Assembly (NCBI GenBank): GCA_002269645.1
Contig: NIVC01000406.1
Location: 193,045 to 257,044, forward strand
Direction of reading: 5' to 3'
Source: Macrostomum lignano
Lineage: Eukaryota
Length of the DNA stretch: 64,000 bases
Shown here: one piece after another, positions 47,876-60,318 of the stretch
Numbering within the stretch: position 1 is the stretch's first letter
Layout: each line of letters starts with the position of its first letter
The notes under the pieces: generated by a model
What the model was told of the DNA's origin: nothing
Databases searched by the model: none
Seen by the model: the letters and a program-made list of their open reading frames with translations, nothing else
Program-made: the position numbers and the translations under genes

Positions 47876-47929
47876 CAAGGACTTCCTAGACTAGAATTCT
47901 AGAGTAGAAGTCTAGTCTAGAAGTCCTTG
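47876..47929. mobile_element. 54-bp micro-MITE or collapsed TIR element
   Basis: Inverted ends CAAGGACTTC(C)TAGACTAG / CTAGTCTAGAAGTCCTTG; perfect 8-bp direct flanks GTCAATCA (47868-47875, 47930-47937). Confidence 0.7.
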
Positions 47930-49651
47930 GTCAATCAAATGTTACATGTGCGTATAGAAGGCCGAATCGGTTCAGGAAACGTATTTACATGCAGTATTAT
48001 ATAGGTTCTGAGTAGAGAGTCTACACCTAAGGATTAAGGAAGAACCTGGTTATAGTTCATGCGTTCCCCAAGCAAGACCAAAGGAGATCGGAACTGAGTG
48101 AGAAAAAACTGCATCATGAGAACCTCAATAAAGTACATGTAAGCTACGGATATGAAGGTAAAAGATGAAAAACTAAAAGCGCTAAGCGCAAAGCAAAAAC
48201 TGCGTCGATTTAAAAGATGATAAGACTTGATATTTACATATATGCTTTTCTCAGTACAATTATACAATATACAAGGACCACTATATATAAAAGTAGCGGT
48301 GGTAAAATGGTAACTTCTAGAGGACCTTGCTTTATTAAAATGCTAAAAATAAGAGCCGAAGCAGATATCAGTTTCTTTGGAAACGGTTCCGCGACTTTGT
48401 GAAACGGTACGGAATTGTATTGGCTGCACATGTAATTTCGCAGTGGATGTCTCTGATCTTTATTACTATAATATTAGTTTAATTGCTGTCACTTAATACT
48501 GCTAAAGAGTGGAGAATAAACTAAGCACAAAGAATCATAGCCTTAGTTGCCTTTTTAAGCTTATTTTGATGTATACAGTACATATGTAGCTGTATGTATA
48601 TAATAACAAGTAGAATAGTAAAATATGTACATGTATTACGTGATATATTCCTGTTTTTTTACATGTGCACGTACTTTAATAAGAAAGGTACATGCATATT
48701 AAAAAGCAGGAAGACTAGCTATAACCGCGTGCAAATCTTTCTTAAACCTGATCAATACAGATAGAACTCGTCGTACAGTGTGTGTATAGTAGATACTTAA
48801 AACAACAAAGCATCAATTAAAATGGAAGGAGGAGATTGACTTAAGCTAATGTACAAGTAATATCAAAATCTGTGCAGGTTGGCGCGCAATGCTTGTGCAA
48901 GAGTTGCATGTACTGCAACTGGAGGGTATGAGGCGCATGGAGCAGCGTTCATGTGTGAAGTAAAAGGCGGGGGTCAGCAAACGTTTTTACCTCCTGCAGG
49001 ACCAGATTAACAATTCATGCAGCTCATCAGGTCATAATTAAGAGAGGAGAGAAGAGAGTATAGAGGAGAGATACGAGTAGAAAATATGAGATGAGATCGA
49101 TGAGATGAGTTAGAAGATGAGAGCTGAGAAGAGACACAAACATTCGAGAGCTTCATCAGACCCGTTCAGCAATCCTTTCGAATCGATGTTCGGAAGACCG
49201 GATTGCTGTTGTGAAGTTTCAAAGCTCGCATTCAAAGGTAGTATAGGCTTGTCGCTTGATTAGTTAACCTTGAGTTCAACTCCAAACTTGATTCCAACTA
49301 ATGGACTATACACGATAAATCACTGAAATGTCAAAAAACTGTGTGCTCAAAGAATCGGCGCAATCGATGTTCAGTCGTCCGGCGCAGTTGATGTTTTTAT
49401 TGACAGACGTCGAGGCTTTCTTATCTCGGAATTCGGTCGAATTTGTAGCTTCTTTAACATTTCCAATATTGACAGACGATTTTGTAAGCCTTCGATCGGT
49501 GTCAATAAGGAAGACGGATCTCCTCGATCTGGCAGGCGGGTCACTCTGGCTCCATCATCCGTTTGTCGTTGTTGCGGCTGCATGTCTTTCTTCATGGTGC
49601 GGCTTCTGAAGTGAATTATTTAATTAGATCGCTATCAAATTTATGCAGCAC

Positions 49652-51811
49652 GTCACGTGACTACCGTATTTGGGAGCGCAGCATGAAGACAATAGCGTCA
49701 GGTGACTCTATGGGAGCGCATCATTTACATGTAGAAAACAGCGTCAGGTGACTCTATGAGAGCGCAAAATTCATACTGTGGCGTCAGGTGACTCTATGGG
49801 AGCGCATCATTCAGACAATAGCGTCAGGTGACTCTATGGGAGCGCATCATTCAGACAATAGCGTCAGGTGACTCTATGGGAGCGCATCATTCAGACAATA
49901 GCGTCAGGTGACTCTATGGGAGCGTAGCATTCAGACAATAGCGTCAGGTGACTCTATGGGAGCGCATCATTTACATGTAGAAAATAGCGTCAGGTGACTC
50001 TGGGAGCGTAGCGTTCAGACAATAGCGTCAGGTGACTCTATGGGAGCGCATCATTCAGACAATAGCGTCAGGTGGCTCTATGGGAGCGTAGCATTTAGAC
50101 AATAGCGTCAGGTGACTCTATGGGAGCGTAGCATTCAGACAATAGCGTCAGGTGACTCTATGGGAGCGCATCATTTACATGTAGAAAATAGCGTCAGGTG
50201 ACTCTGGGAGCGTAGCGTTCAGACAATAGCGTCAGGTGACTCTATGGGAGCGTAGCATTTAGACAATAGCGTCAGGTGACTCTATGGGAGCGTAGCATTC
50301 AGACAATAGCGTCAGGTGACTCTATGGGAGCGCATCATTTACATGTAGAAAATAGCGTCAGGTGACTCTGGGAGCGTAGCGTTCAGACAATAGCGTCAGG
50401 TGGCTCTATGGGAGCGTAGCATTTAGACAATAGCGTCAGGTGACTCTATGGGAGCGTATCATTCAGACAATAGCGTCAGGTGGCTCTATGGGAGCGTAGC
50501 ATTTAGACAATAGCGTCAGGTGACTCTATGGGAGCGCAGCATTCAGACAATAGCGTCAGGTGACTCTATGGGAGCGTAGCATTCAGACAATAGCGTCAGG
50601 TGACTCTATGGGAGCGTAGCATTCAGACAATAGCGTCAGGTGACTCTATGGGAGCGCATCATTCAGACAATAGCGTCAGGTGACTCTATGGGAGCGCATC
50701 ATTCAGACAATAGCGTCAGGTGACTCTATGGGAGCGCATCATTCAGACAATAGCGTCAGGTGACTCTATGGGAGCGCATCATTCAGACAATAGCGTCAGG
50801 TGACTCTATGGGAGCGCATCATTCAGACAATAGCGTCAGGTGGCTCTATGGGAGCGTAGCATTTAGACAATAGCGTCAGGTGACTCTATGGGAGCGTAGC
50901 ATTCAGACAATAGCGTCAGGTGACTCTATGGGAGCGCATCATTTACATGTAGAAAATAGCGTCAGGTGACTCTGGGAGCGTAGCGTTCAGACAATAGCGT
51001 CAGGTGACTCTATGGGAGCGCATCATTCAGACAATAGCGTCAGGTGACTCTATGGGAGCGCATCATTCAGACAATAGCGTCAGGTGGCTCTATGGGAGCG
51101 TAGCATTTAGACAATAGCGTCAGGTGACTCTATGGGAGCGCATCATTTACATGTAGAAAATAGCGTCAGGTGACTCTGGGAGCGTAGCGTTCAGACAATA
51201 GCGTCAGGTGACTCTATGGGAGCGCATCATTCAGACAATAGCGTCAGGTGGCTCTATGGGAGCGCATCATTTACATGTAGAAAATAGCGTCAGGTGACTC
51301 TGGGAGCGTAGCGTTCAGACAATAGCGTCAGGTGACTCTATGGGAGCGCATCATTCAGACAATAGCGTCAGGTGACTCTATGGGAGCGCATCATTCAGAC
51401 AATAGCGTCAGGTGGCTCTATGGGAGCGTAGCATTTAGACAATAGCGTCAGGTGACTCTATGGGAGCGTAGCATTCAGACAATAGCGTCAGGTGACTCTA
51501 TGGGAGCGTATCATTCAGACAATAGCGTCAGGTGACTCGATGGGAGCGCATCATTCAGACAATAGCGTCAGGTGACTCGATGGGAGCGCATCATTCAGAC
51601 AATAGCGTCAGGTGACTCTATGGGAGCGCAGCATTCAGACAATAGCGTCAGGTGACTCTATGGGAGCGCAGCATTCAGACAATAGCGTCAGGTGACTCTA
51701 TGGGAGCGCATCATTCAGACAATAGCGTCAGGTGACTCTATGGGAGCGCATCATTTAGACAATAGCGTCAGGTGACTGTGGTCATACTGTCATACTGTGG
51801 CGTCACGTGAC
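49652..51811. repeat. 40-bp satellite GTCAGGTGACTCTATGGGAGCGCATCATTCAGACAATAGC, about 50 copies, with recurring variant units
   Basis: Direct reading; GTCACGTGAC at both ends. Confidence 0.97.
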
Positions 51812-52784
51812 TCTAGACGTGCACAGTGCACAGTAGAACACAGCTGTACAAGGACTGTTTAACCTGCTTTACTTACCCAAAGAGACTCATAAATTCGGAG
51901 ACATCAAAGTCAGTTTCTGGCGCCACTGTAGCTGGAAAGCCTGCCGCTCTCAGCGCTGCCAGAAGCAGAAAACAGCACTCGATAAAGTGCAGCTTCCTCG
52001 TTTGCAATCCCATGCTTGCAACTCGGCTTGTACAAAATGTTTATTGGTCTTGTCCTATTCGCCGCGTTGTGCCACTTTCTGAATGATCTCTGGCAGCGTT
52101 TACAGACTGAATTTTAACTGGTTAAAGGAAATATTTTATCTGAAAAAATGATCTTGTTTTCCAAAGCACAGCTAGAGCGCAACCAATCAGTGTCAACAGT
52201 CTATATTCAACCTGAATGCAAATTTAGTTGGCCAGTACTACAGGCAAAAACCACTAGATAACACGCGAGATTGTGCACGAGATAACACACTTTCCGCAAG
52301 CGTAAACTCGCATACAAAAACATATGTACTTGAAAATGCACCGTAAGAATACTTGACTGCGTCTAATGCTAGGCTTAATGCATGGTTTTAGATGCAGACC
52401 TTTGACTTTTGAATAATTGACCTTTACGGGTTTAAGAAATGCAGCACGCAGTTTTCTTTAAAAAAGTTAGCTTATGTCCTACTGTAGGGGCAATGACGCT
52501 AAGAAGAGAAATGATCACGTTCCAATTCAAGGGGATAACCGAGGAACGAAATTGCAACTATGACATCAAAAATGTATCCAAGACAGTAAGGAACAACTAT
52601 GACGCAATTAAAAAGTCTTACTACGCTACTTCAAGTAGAAATGATAATTTATCTTTTCACAGATTCAAACAATTAGTGAAATAAAAATTCCCCAAAAAAT
52701 CATATTTCATATCATCCATACAGCGTCTCGGGAAAAATGAGACAAAAACTAGCTCGAAAACTAAAATAAATTTATAGGACTAGG

Positions 52785-52889
52785 GTGTCATTTCTAAGCT
52801 CTCCATTTGATTCTATATATTGACAGTGCTAGTTAGAGATGCTGAGAGTAGCGGGCCAGTCTGTGTGCGTCATCTTTGCAGCTGTGTAT
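52785..52889 (-). repeat. Solitary inverted monomer (~105 bp) of the 119-bp satellite at 58478-59790
   Basis: gtgtcatttctaagctctccatttgattctatatattgacagtgctagttagagatgctgagagtagcgggccagtctgtgtgcgtcatctttgcagctgtgtat is the reverse complement of the satellite unit. Confidence 0.9.
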
Positions 52890-52964
52890 TTATTTATTTA
52901 AAGGAAATTTTCCCAGATTTCAGATCTCAGATTTCTGGAATTTCTGAGCTAATAAAATTTGCAA

Positions 52965-53270
52965 TGCCACTTTGAATGCCAGTGTCATTTTGAATGCCAG
53001 TGTCATTTTGAATGCCAGTGTCACTTTGAATGCCAGTGTCATTTTGAATGCCAGTGTCATTTTGAATGCCAGTGTCATTTTGAATGCCAGTGTCATTTTG
53101 AATGCCAGTGTCATTTTGAATGCCATTGTCATTTTGAATGCCAGTGTCATTTTGAATGCCAGTGTCATTTTGAATGCCATTGTCATTTTGAATGCCAGTG
53201 CCATATTAATCCCAGTGCCATATTAATCCCAGTGCCTCATTAATCCCAGTGTAATTTTGAATGCCAGTAC
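52965..53270. repeat. 18-bp tandem repeat GTCATTTTGAATGCCAGT
   Basis: About 14 copies with a degenerate tail. Confidence 0.95.
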
Positions 53271-54427
53271 CATTTTTTAAATCTATTAGCCCTATTAAAC
53301 TTAACATGGCAGAGAATTCTCTAATATTATCCCTCGTCATAAAAAGTATTGGGAAAAAAATGAAACTCACTTTGTCAGTTGGATGACCACGCTTCTGCCA
53401 GCACAGCATCCTTCATCTCAAATACGGCTTTAATTTGCTCTCTGGTGAGCAGCTCTTCCTCTCGGCGGTCAACCAGCCTCGCGTAGTACTCCGCCTTCGG
53501 CCCCATAGAGCTTGCCGTCCAACTCTTAGTGGCCTGCCTGTACGACGTGAGCTGTTGCTGCAGGCCACCGTCTGCTATTTGTTGATAACGGCGGGTAATT
53601 AAAAAATGCCGACTTTCTCAAGTGCGGACACTGTTTCAGCATCGAATAGGACAAACTGTCCAAGTGTGCGCTGATTGTGTCGCGCAGATCCTCTGAAACT
53701 CAGAATGTCGAGACGCTGCAATCAGCCGCTTCAAATAGCAGCGGATCTCGCGGACCTCAGCTGGCTTTTTCCGTCCGCCGAGAGAGCTGGCCAGGAAGCC
53801 GCAAAGTGCCTCTACATTAACTGTTGAGGAATGCTCGGCCACCGCTGCTCTGGCCGGCACTTTGGCACTGGCGTCGACAAGTTTTTGTTCAAGATTGGCT
53901 GCCGAGCAGATAATGTGTTCCTTACTACCGAGACTCTCTCAGCAATCAAGGAACAATCACTTCTAGCTACTTTGCTTGGCAACCCAGTTATCAAATGAAG
54001 GTATCTGTTACCTTAACTCCGGAGTAGTTTCTTCGATACTTCTTGGGTCGACCTCGGTGTAGATCTCGATGTAGATCTCGTCAACTTCTAGACGTCTAGG
54101 GTTAGTAGACCAGGTCTGAGTTCCTTTCACTTCTGGTTAAGTAGTTCCGGCCGGTATCTGTAGTTTGGACCAATAGGAAGCTTCGTATTAACAATGGGTA
54201 CCCTGCGCCAAAACTGCTGTTTAAGTCAAGCCTTCTCCTTCTAGCAGTACCTCTATGCACTCTAGGTGTAGCTCCGGTAATCACTGATAAGTCTTCTAAG
54301 ATCTATCAGGGTAGTCCTTCTGGAGACTACTGCTAATGGAGTCTCAATAGACTCAAGAGTCTCAACAGACTCTAACTCAACACAAGTGAGACGTCTCAAC
54401 CAACGGGCGCAAATGAGAAAGGCTTAC

Positions 54428-54825
54428 CGCAAGAACTCGAGCGAGTTTAGCTAGGAAGTCCTCTAGTGGCTTCCTCCTCGGAGCTGCTCCTTCTGGAGTC
54501 CAAAATCTGAGGCTCCGGTCCGCTCCGGACCACTTCTATTTATAGACCCCACATGAGGTCACGTGAGTTCGACTTCTCAACTGTCAAAGGGTCACGGTTT
54601 GCTTGCTGTCAAACATGACGGGTTAGAAAGTTACTCCATTGGTTTAGTGCAAAAAAGACATGATTGGTTACCGCATTTGAGTTATTTTTAGTTACATTTG
54701 ATTGGTTCACTTGAGTGCATGCTGAATGATGCATCTCACCTAGGGTTTGAGCTGACAAGCGCGGGTCACACGTGATTGGGTGATTTCTAAAATTAGCATG
54801 CTCGAGATTTCTCTCTTTCTATTGG
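54428..54825 (-). promoter_or_regulatory. Candidate minus-strand Pol II promoter: five CCAAT boxes, TATA box, short first exon ending at a GTAAG donor
   Basis: Plus-strand ATTGG at 54638, 54663, 54701, 54775 and 54821; minus-strand CTATAAATAG at 54545-54536; GCG|GTAAGC at 54428/54427. Confidence 0.45.
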
Positions 54826-54890
54826 TTGATTCAAATATACGAGTATGTATGGTTCAGCGCATATCCTTATACATGCTCCTCATTTTACTA

Positions 54891-55817
54891 CTATATAAGT
54901 AGTACGTTAACAATTTTAAATAGCTTTTCTGGGAGGTATAATACTCTACACAGATTGGAATTGTTTCGCCACTCTCCACAGACGTCAGAATGTCGCAGGC
55001 GCCTGCTGGCTAGGGCTGGCATGATATTTGTTTTTACTCCTGGTGTGCATATGCGATGTACATCCAATATGATTGGTTTTCTGTTTTTAGTGTACGCATT
55101 TTCAGTTGCAGGGTCGCTGCTAAATATATAAATCGATCGCACAGAGCCTACAATGATTTGAGGTTTTTCGGCTACACACAACGCATAACTCTCACTCTCG
55201 ACTTCGCTCTCTACAGGGCCAGCAGTCATTTGGTGCGTGTGCAGCTTTATTGCCCCACGCAGAGCTTGCAGAGCTTTTGTTTGCCAGGCATCTGCCGGTA
55301 GCTGTACAGCTGCTGCCGGCTTTTCCTTTGTACTTATCAGCACAGGCGAATGAGCCCTTTTAATATGCCCTATTAATACCGTGACTCTTTGATTGGCAAG
55401 CAGTTGCCAAACGGGCAGATACACTCTTGCCCGGCCCGCGTTCTCTTCAACTGCTGGACGTTGACGTGCTGCTGGACGTTGGCGGGCTGCTGGACGTTGA
55501 TGTGCTGCTGGACGTTGACGTGCTGCTGGACGTTGGCGGGCTGCTGGACGTTGACGTGCTGCTGGACGTTGGCGGGCTGCTGGACGTTGGCGGGCTGCTG
55601 GACGTTGGTGGGCTGCTGGACGTTGGTGGGCTGCTGGACGTTGGTGGGCTGCTGGACGTTGGCGGGCTGCTGGACGTTGGTGGGCTGCTGGACGTTGGTG
55701 GGCTGCTGGACGTTGGTGGGCTGCTGGACGTTGGCGGGCTGCTGGACGTTGGTGGGCTGCTGGACGTTGGCGGGCTGCTGGACGACTCCAATGGACGGCT
55801 TGGTGCACTGCTCCCAT
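54891..55817 (-). other. Orphan ORF (308 codons) with an 18-bp repeat at its 5' end and ~185 non-repetitive codons; coding status unknown
   Basis: ORF track; no recognisable domain. Confidence 0.25.
55450..55785. repeat. 18-bp tandem repeat CTGCTGGACGTTG(G/A)(C/T)G(G/T)G
   Basis: About 18 copies. Confidence 0.95.
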
Positions 55818-56093
55818 TGTAACAATTTTTCGATAAAAGTTTTATCCATTTGATTTTAATTAGGTTTGAATTGAAACTGACTAAATTATTCAAAATACAG
55901 GCAAGGAAAAGATGCGTGTGCTCAAAAGTGGGGATAAAGTTCAGTCATCAACAAAAAATGTAGATAAAATTTCATTGGTTGCAATCTTAACTCAACTTTG
56001 GTGACTAATTAAAGCTTACAATAGTTGGAACTGCATGACACTATTCTTTACGATAATGGCGCAATCATAAGTTTGGTGCAACAAATTTGCTGC

Positions 56094-58405
56094 TGTGGAG
56101 GTCACGCCACACGCGCGTGCGCGCTCCGGCAGCCACCCCAACCCCGGCCGGGAAGCCCGGCGCTATGTGCACGGTCGCTGTGCGTTGATTGGCTGCCCAG
56201 TGTACACCGCTGGCCTATATAACTTTAGACCTTTGTCTCGCGCGCCTCCACCCTGCTACTTCAAATAAACTTTACGTGGCTCAACTCGCCACACTGGTGA
56301 GCCCGACTCTCAACCGCCTGTTTGAGAATAACTCCTCAGTATGTCAACTGAGTCTGCGGTGGCCCTCAAGCTGCCCACGTTCTGGGCCAGCCAGCCTCGC
56401 GCCTGGTTCATCCAGGCAGAGGCGCAATTCGTCCTCCGCAACATCACGCAAGATGCTATCAAATACTTTCACCTCGTGGCTGCGCTGGACCAGCAGTCAG
56501 ACGAGTGCCTGCTGGACGTGCTTGAGACACCGCCGGCTGAGAACAAGTACGACGATCTCAAGGCCCACCTCCTTCGGCCTGACGCAGCAACAGCGTGCCA
56601 GCCGGCTGCTCAACCTGGCCGGCCTCGGTGACCGCCGCCCGTCCGAGCTCATGGACGAGATGCTGGCCCTGCTCGGCAACCACCGGCCCTGCATGCTCTT
56701 TGAGGAGCTTTTCCGCCAGCAGATGCCGGCCCACATTCGCATAGTATTCGTTTCCGCGGATTTCGCAGACCCGCGCGACGTTGCGCGACTCTGGGCGAGC
56801 CGGGCACAGCCCGTGGCCACCGCCACCCTGCCGCCAGAGCACCCGCCGGTAGTTGCTGCCACCGCCCGCCCCGCTCGCGCCAAGCCGCAGCAGCACCAGC
56901 CGAGGGAGGCCGACGGCCCCATCTGTTTCTTCCACCGGAAGTTCGGCGCCAAGGCCCGGCGTTGCGAGCCGCCCTGCCAGTTCTCGGGAAACGGGCCGGC
57001 CGGCCGTCAGTGAACGCTGAAAAGCTGGTCGACACCGGCGCTGAAGTGAGCATTTTTCCTGTCTCGGGGGCAGACGCCCGCTCGCACACACCCGGCCCGC
57101 CGCTTTTCGCGGCCAACGGAAGCCCAAACCGGACGTTCGGCAGCCGGACGCTAACGCCCGACCTCGGCGTCAAGACCTGCACCTGGCCGTTCATCCTTCG
57201 TTGATCGGCGCAGACTTCCTGCGGTACCACGGCCTCCTGGTGGACATGCCAAACCGCCGTCTGCTCGACACTAGCTCGCTGTCCTGCTGCTCGGGTCCGG
57301 CCCGGCCCCGCAGCTTGCCGCCGCTGTCGCTGGGGACCCGTACAGCCAGCTGCTCGCGGAGTTCCCGACGCTGACAGAGCCGAGTTTCCAGAAAGCCCGG
57401 CCGCTCCACGGGGTCCAACATCATATTCCTACGACGGGCCCCCCGTCCACGCCCGGGCGCGCCGCCTGCCGCCTGACAAGCTGGTGGTGGCCAAGGAGGA
57501 ATTCTGCAACCTGGAGCAGCTGGGCATCGTGCGGCGGTCCTGCAGCCCCTGGTCGTCGCCACTGCACATGGTGCCAAAGGCCTCCGGGGGTTGGCGGCCC
57601 TGTGGCGATTTCCGGCGGCTCAACGACGCCACGTGCCCGACCGCTACCCGGTGCCGCACATCTAGGACTTTTCTGCGCGGCTGTCCGGGTGCAACATTTT
57701 CTCCAAGATCGACCTGGTGCGGGGCTACCACCAGATCCCGGTTGCCGAGGCCGACATGGCCAAGACGGCCGTCATAACGCCATTCGGCCTGTTCGAGTTT
57801 CTCCGGATGCCATTCGGACTCAAAAACGCCGCCCAGGCCTTCCAACGGCTGATTGACACGGTCTGCCAGGGCCTGGACTTCGTGTTTGCCTATATCGACG
57901 ACTTCCTAGTGGCGAGCAGCGGCCCTCAGCAGCATCTGGAGCACCTGCGCACGTTGTTCCAGCGCCTGGCAGACAACGGCCTCCTCGTCAATCCAGCCAA
58001 GTGCCAGTTTGGCCGCAGTGAAATCGACTTTCTGGGCCACCGCATCAACAGCCGGGGCGCCGTGCCGCTGCCAGACAAAGTCGAAGCCACCGCCCGATTC
58101 GCACCGCCCGCGACCGTCAAGGGCCTGCAAGAGTTCGCCGGCATGGTGAACTTCTATCACCGGTTCGTGCCGCGGGCCGCCCAGTTGCTGCGCCCCATCT
58201 ATGGCGCCCTGGCCAGCAAGGACAAGATCGTTCAGTGGACACCGGAGCTGACGGACGCCTTCAACAGCACGAAGCAGGCCCTGGCTGACACCCGGAGCCC
58301 CAAAGGCGCTGACGGTCGACGCCTCGGACACCGCCATCGGGGCGGTTCTGGAGCAGCGTGTCGGCGAGGCCTGGCGGCCACTAGCTTTCTTCAGCCGCCA
58401 GGCTC
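56094..58405 (+). mobile_element. 3'-truncated, frameshifted Ty3/Gypsy LTR retrotransposon, CsRn1/Boudicca/Kabuki-like
   Basis: 200-bp TG..CA LTR (56094-56293) with TATA and AATAAA. PBS TGGTGAGCCCGAC (56295-56307), one mismatch to tRNA-Trp. Gag KLPTFWASQPRAWF..QAEAQF from ATG 56341 with CHCC motif CFFHRKFGAKARRCEPPC. Protease LVDTGAEVS. RT SPWSSPLHMVPK..WRPCGDFRRLN, YIDD. Only the start of RNase H is present; no integrase or 3' LTR. Confidence 0.92.
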
Positions 58406-58477
58406 GTGTCACTCGTGAAATATCAGTTAAAAGCATCCGAGCGTCGTATATTAAAACACCGATTTGCACTGTAGCGG

Positions 58478-59790
58478 TGCTGTCGATATGTAGAATCAAA
58501 TGGAGAGCTTAGAAATGACACTAGATGGAGCTAATGCACACAGCTGCAAAGATGACGCACACAGACTGGCCCGCTACTCTCAGCATCTCTAACTAGCGCT
58601 GTCGATATGTAGAATCAAATGGAGAGCTTAGAAATGACACTAGATGGAGCTAATGCACACAGCTGCAAAGATGACGCACACAGACTGGCCCGCTACTCTC
58701 AGCATCTCTAACTAGCGCTGTCAATATGTAGAATCAAATGGAGAGCTTAGAAATGACACTAGATGGAGCTAATGCACACAGCTGCAAAGATGACGCACAC
58801 AGACTGGCCCGCTACTCTCAGCATCTCTAACTAGCGCTGTCAATATGTAGAATCAAATGGAGAGCTTAGAAATGACACTAGATGGAGCTAATGCACACAG
58901 CTGCAAAGATGACGCACACAGACTGGCCCGCTACTCTCAGCATCTCTAACTAGCGCTGTCAATATGTAGAATCAAATGGAGAGCTTAGAAATGACACTAG
59001 ATGGAGCTAATATACACAGCTGCAAAGATGACGCACACAGACTGGCCCGCTACTCTCAGCATCTCTAACTAGCGCTGTCAATATGTACGAGTAGAATCAA
59101 ATGGAGAGCTTAGAAATGACACTAGATGGAGCTAATGCACACAGCTGCAAAGATGACGCACACAGACTGGCCCGCTACTCTCAGCATCTCTAACTAGCGC
59201 TGTCAATGTGTAGAATCAAATGGAGAGCTTAGAAATGACACTAGATGGAGCTAATGCACACAGCTGCAAAGATGACGCACACAGACTGGCCCGCTACTCT
59301 CAGCATCTCTAACTAGCGCTGTCAATATGTAGAATCAAATGGAGAGCTTAGAAATGACACTAGATGGAGCTAATGCACACAGCTGCAAAGATGACGCACA
59401 CAGACTGGCCCGCTACTCTCAGCATCTCTAACTAGCGCTGTCAATATGTAGAATCAAATGGAGAGCTTAGAAATGACACTAGATGGAGCTAATATACACA
59501 GCTGCAAAGATGACGCACACAGACTGGCCCGCTACTCTCAGCATCTCTAACTAGCGCTGTCAATATGTAGAATCAAATGGAGAGCTTAGAAATGACACTA
59601 GATGGAGCTAATATACACAGCTGCAAAGATGACGCACACAGACTGGCCCGCTACTCTCAGCATCTCTAACTAGCACTGTCAATATATAGAATCAAATGGA
59701 AAGCTTAGAAATGACACTAGATGGAGCTAATGCACACAGCTGCAAAGATGACGCACACAGACTGGCCCGCTACTCTCAGCACCTCTCCAA
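58478..59790. repeat. 119-bp tandem satellite, 11 copies (one with a 6-bp insertion)
   Basis: TGGAGAGCTTAG recurs at 58501, 58620, 58739, 58858, 58977, 59102, 59221, 59340, 59459, 59578, with a variant at 59697. Confidence 0.97.
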
Positions 59791-59900
59791 AACGGTAGCA
59801 TCAAACCGCCTCATCAAAGCGGTAGCATCAAACCGCTTCATCAAAGCGGTAGCATCAAACAGCCTCTCCAAAGCGGTAGCATCAAACCTTTCGCAAAGCG
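59790..59900. repeat. 27-bp repeat AAAGCGGTAGCATCAAACCGCCTCATC
   Basis: About four copies abutting the 119-bp array. Confidence 0.8.
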
Positions 59901-60318
59901 GCTCGAAGTCTACAGTGTTCAGATTATAGCTTGATCAGTTTCAACTTCAAACTGTAGCAAATGAAGCGAAATAAGCACTATAAAAGTTGACCTCATCAAA
60001 TTTAAATCTGATTTTGGGCCTAGCGCAAAGCATAAATTTGATAGCCCTTCAAGCAAACCACATAAAAGGAACCTTTATAAGAAAGTACAAACGGCGTTTT
60101 CTAAAAATTATAATCTCTGAGACGGATAAAGAAAATTTTATCATAGAAGGTTATGAAGATTTGTTTAATTCTGAAAACGTTCAATCAACGACCGTACACA
60201 ACCCAAACTAGAAATTTGAAAATTGGAATTCAGCTTATATGGCATAAAATTGCCAAATAGTTTTTTATCACTTATTGAAACAGGATTAACGTCTCTACAT
60301 GATAGATACTACAAAAAA

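Noticed and set aside
49371-49595. 74-codon minus-strand ORF MKKDMQPQQRQ...
   Set aside because: It has no recognisable domain and no convincing splice partners, so it is not supportable as a gene.
55150-55185. LCVAEKP resembling the start of a topoisomerase III TOPRIM domain
   Set aside because: The match is too short and no further TOPRIM motifs follow.
49652-59790. Regular 40-bp and 119-bp arrays as possible CRISPR arrays
   Set aside because: There are no unique spacers and no cas genes, and the context is a spliced eukaryotic genome.
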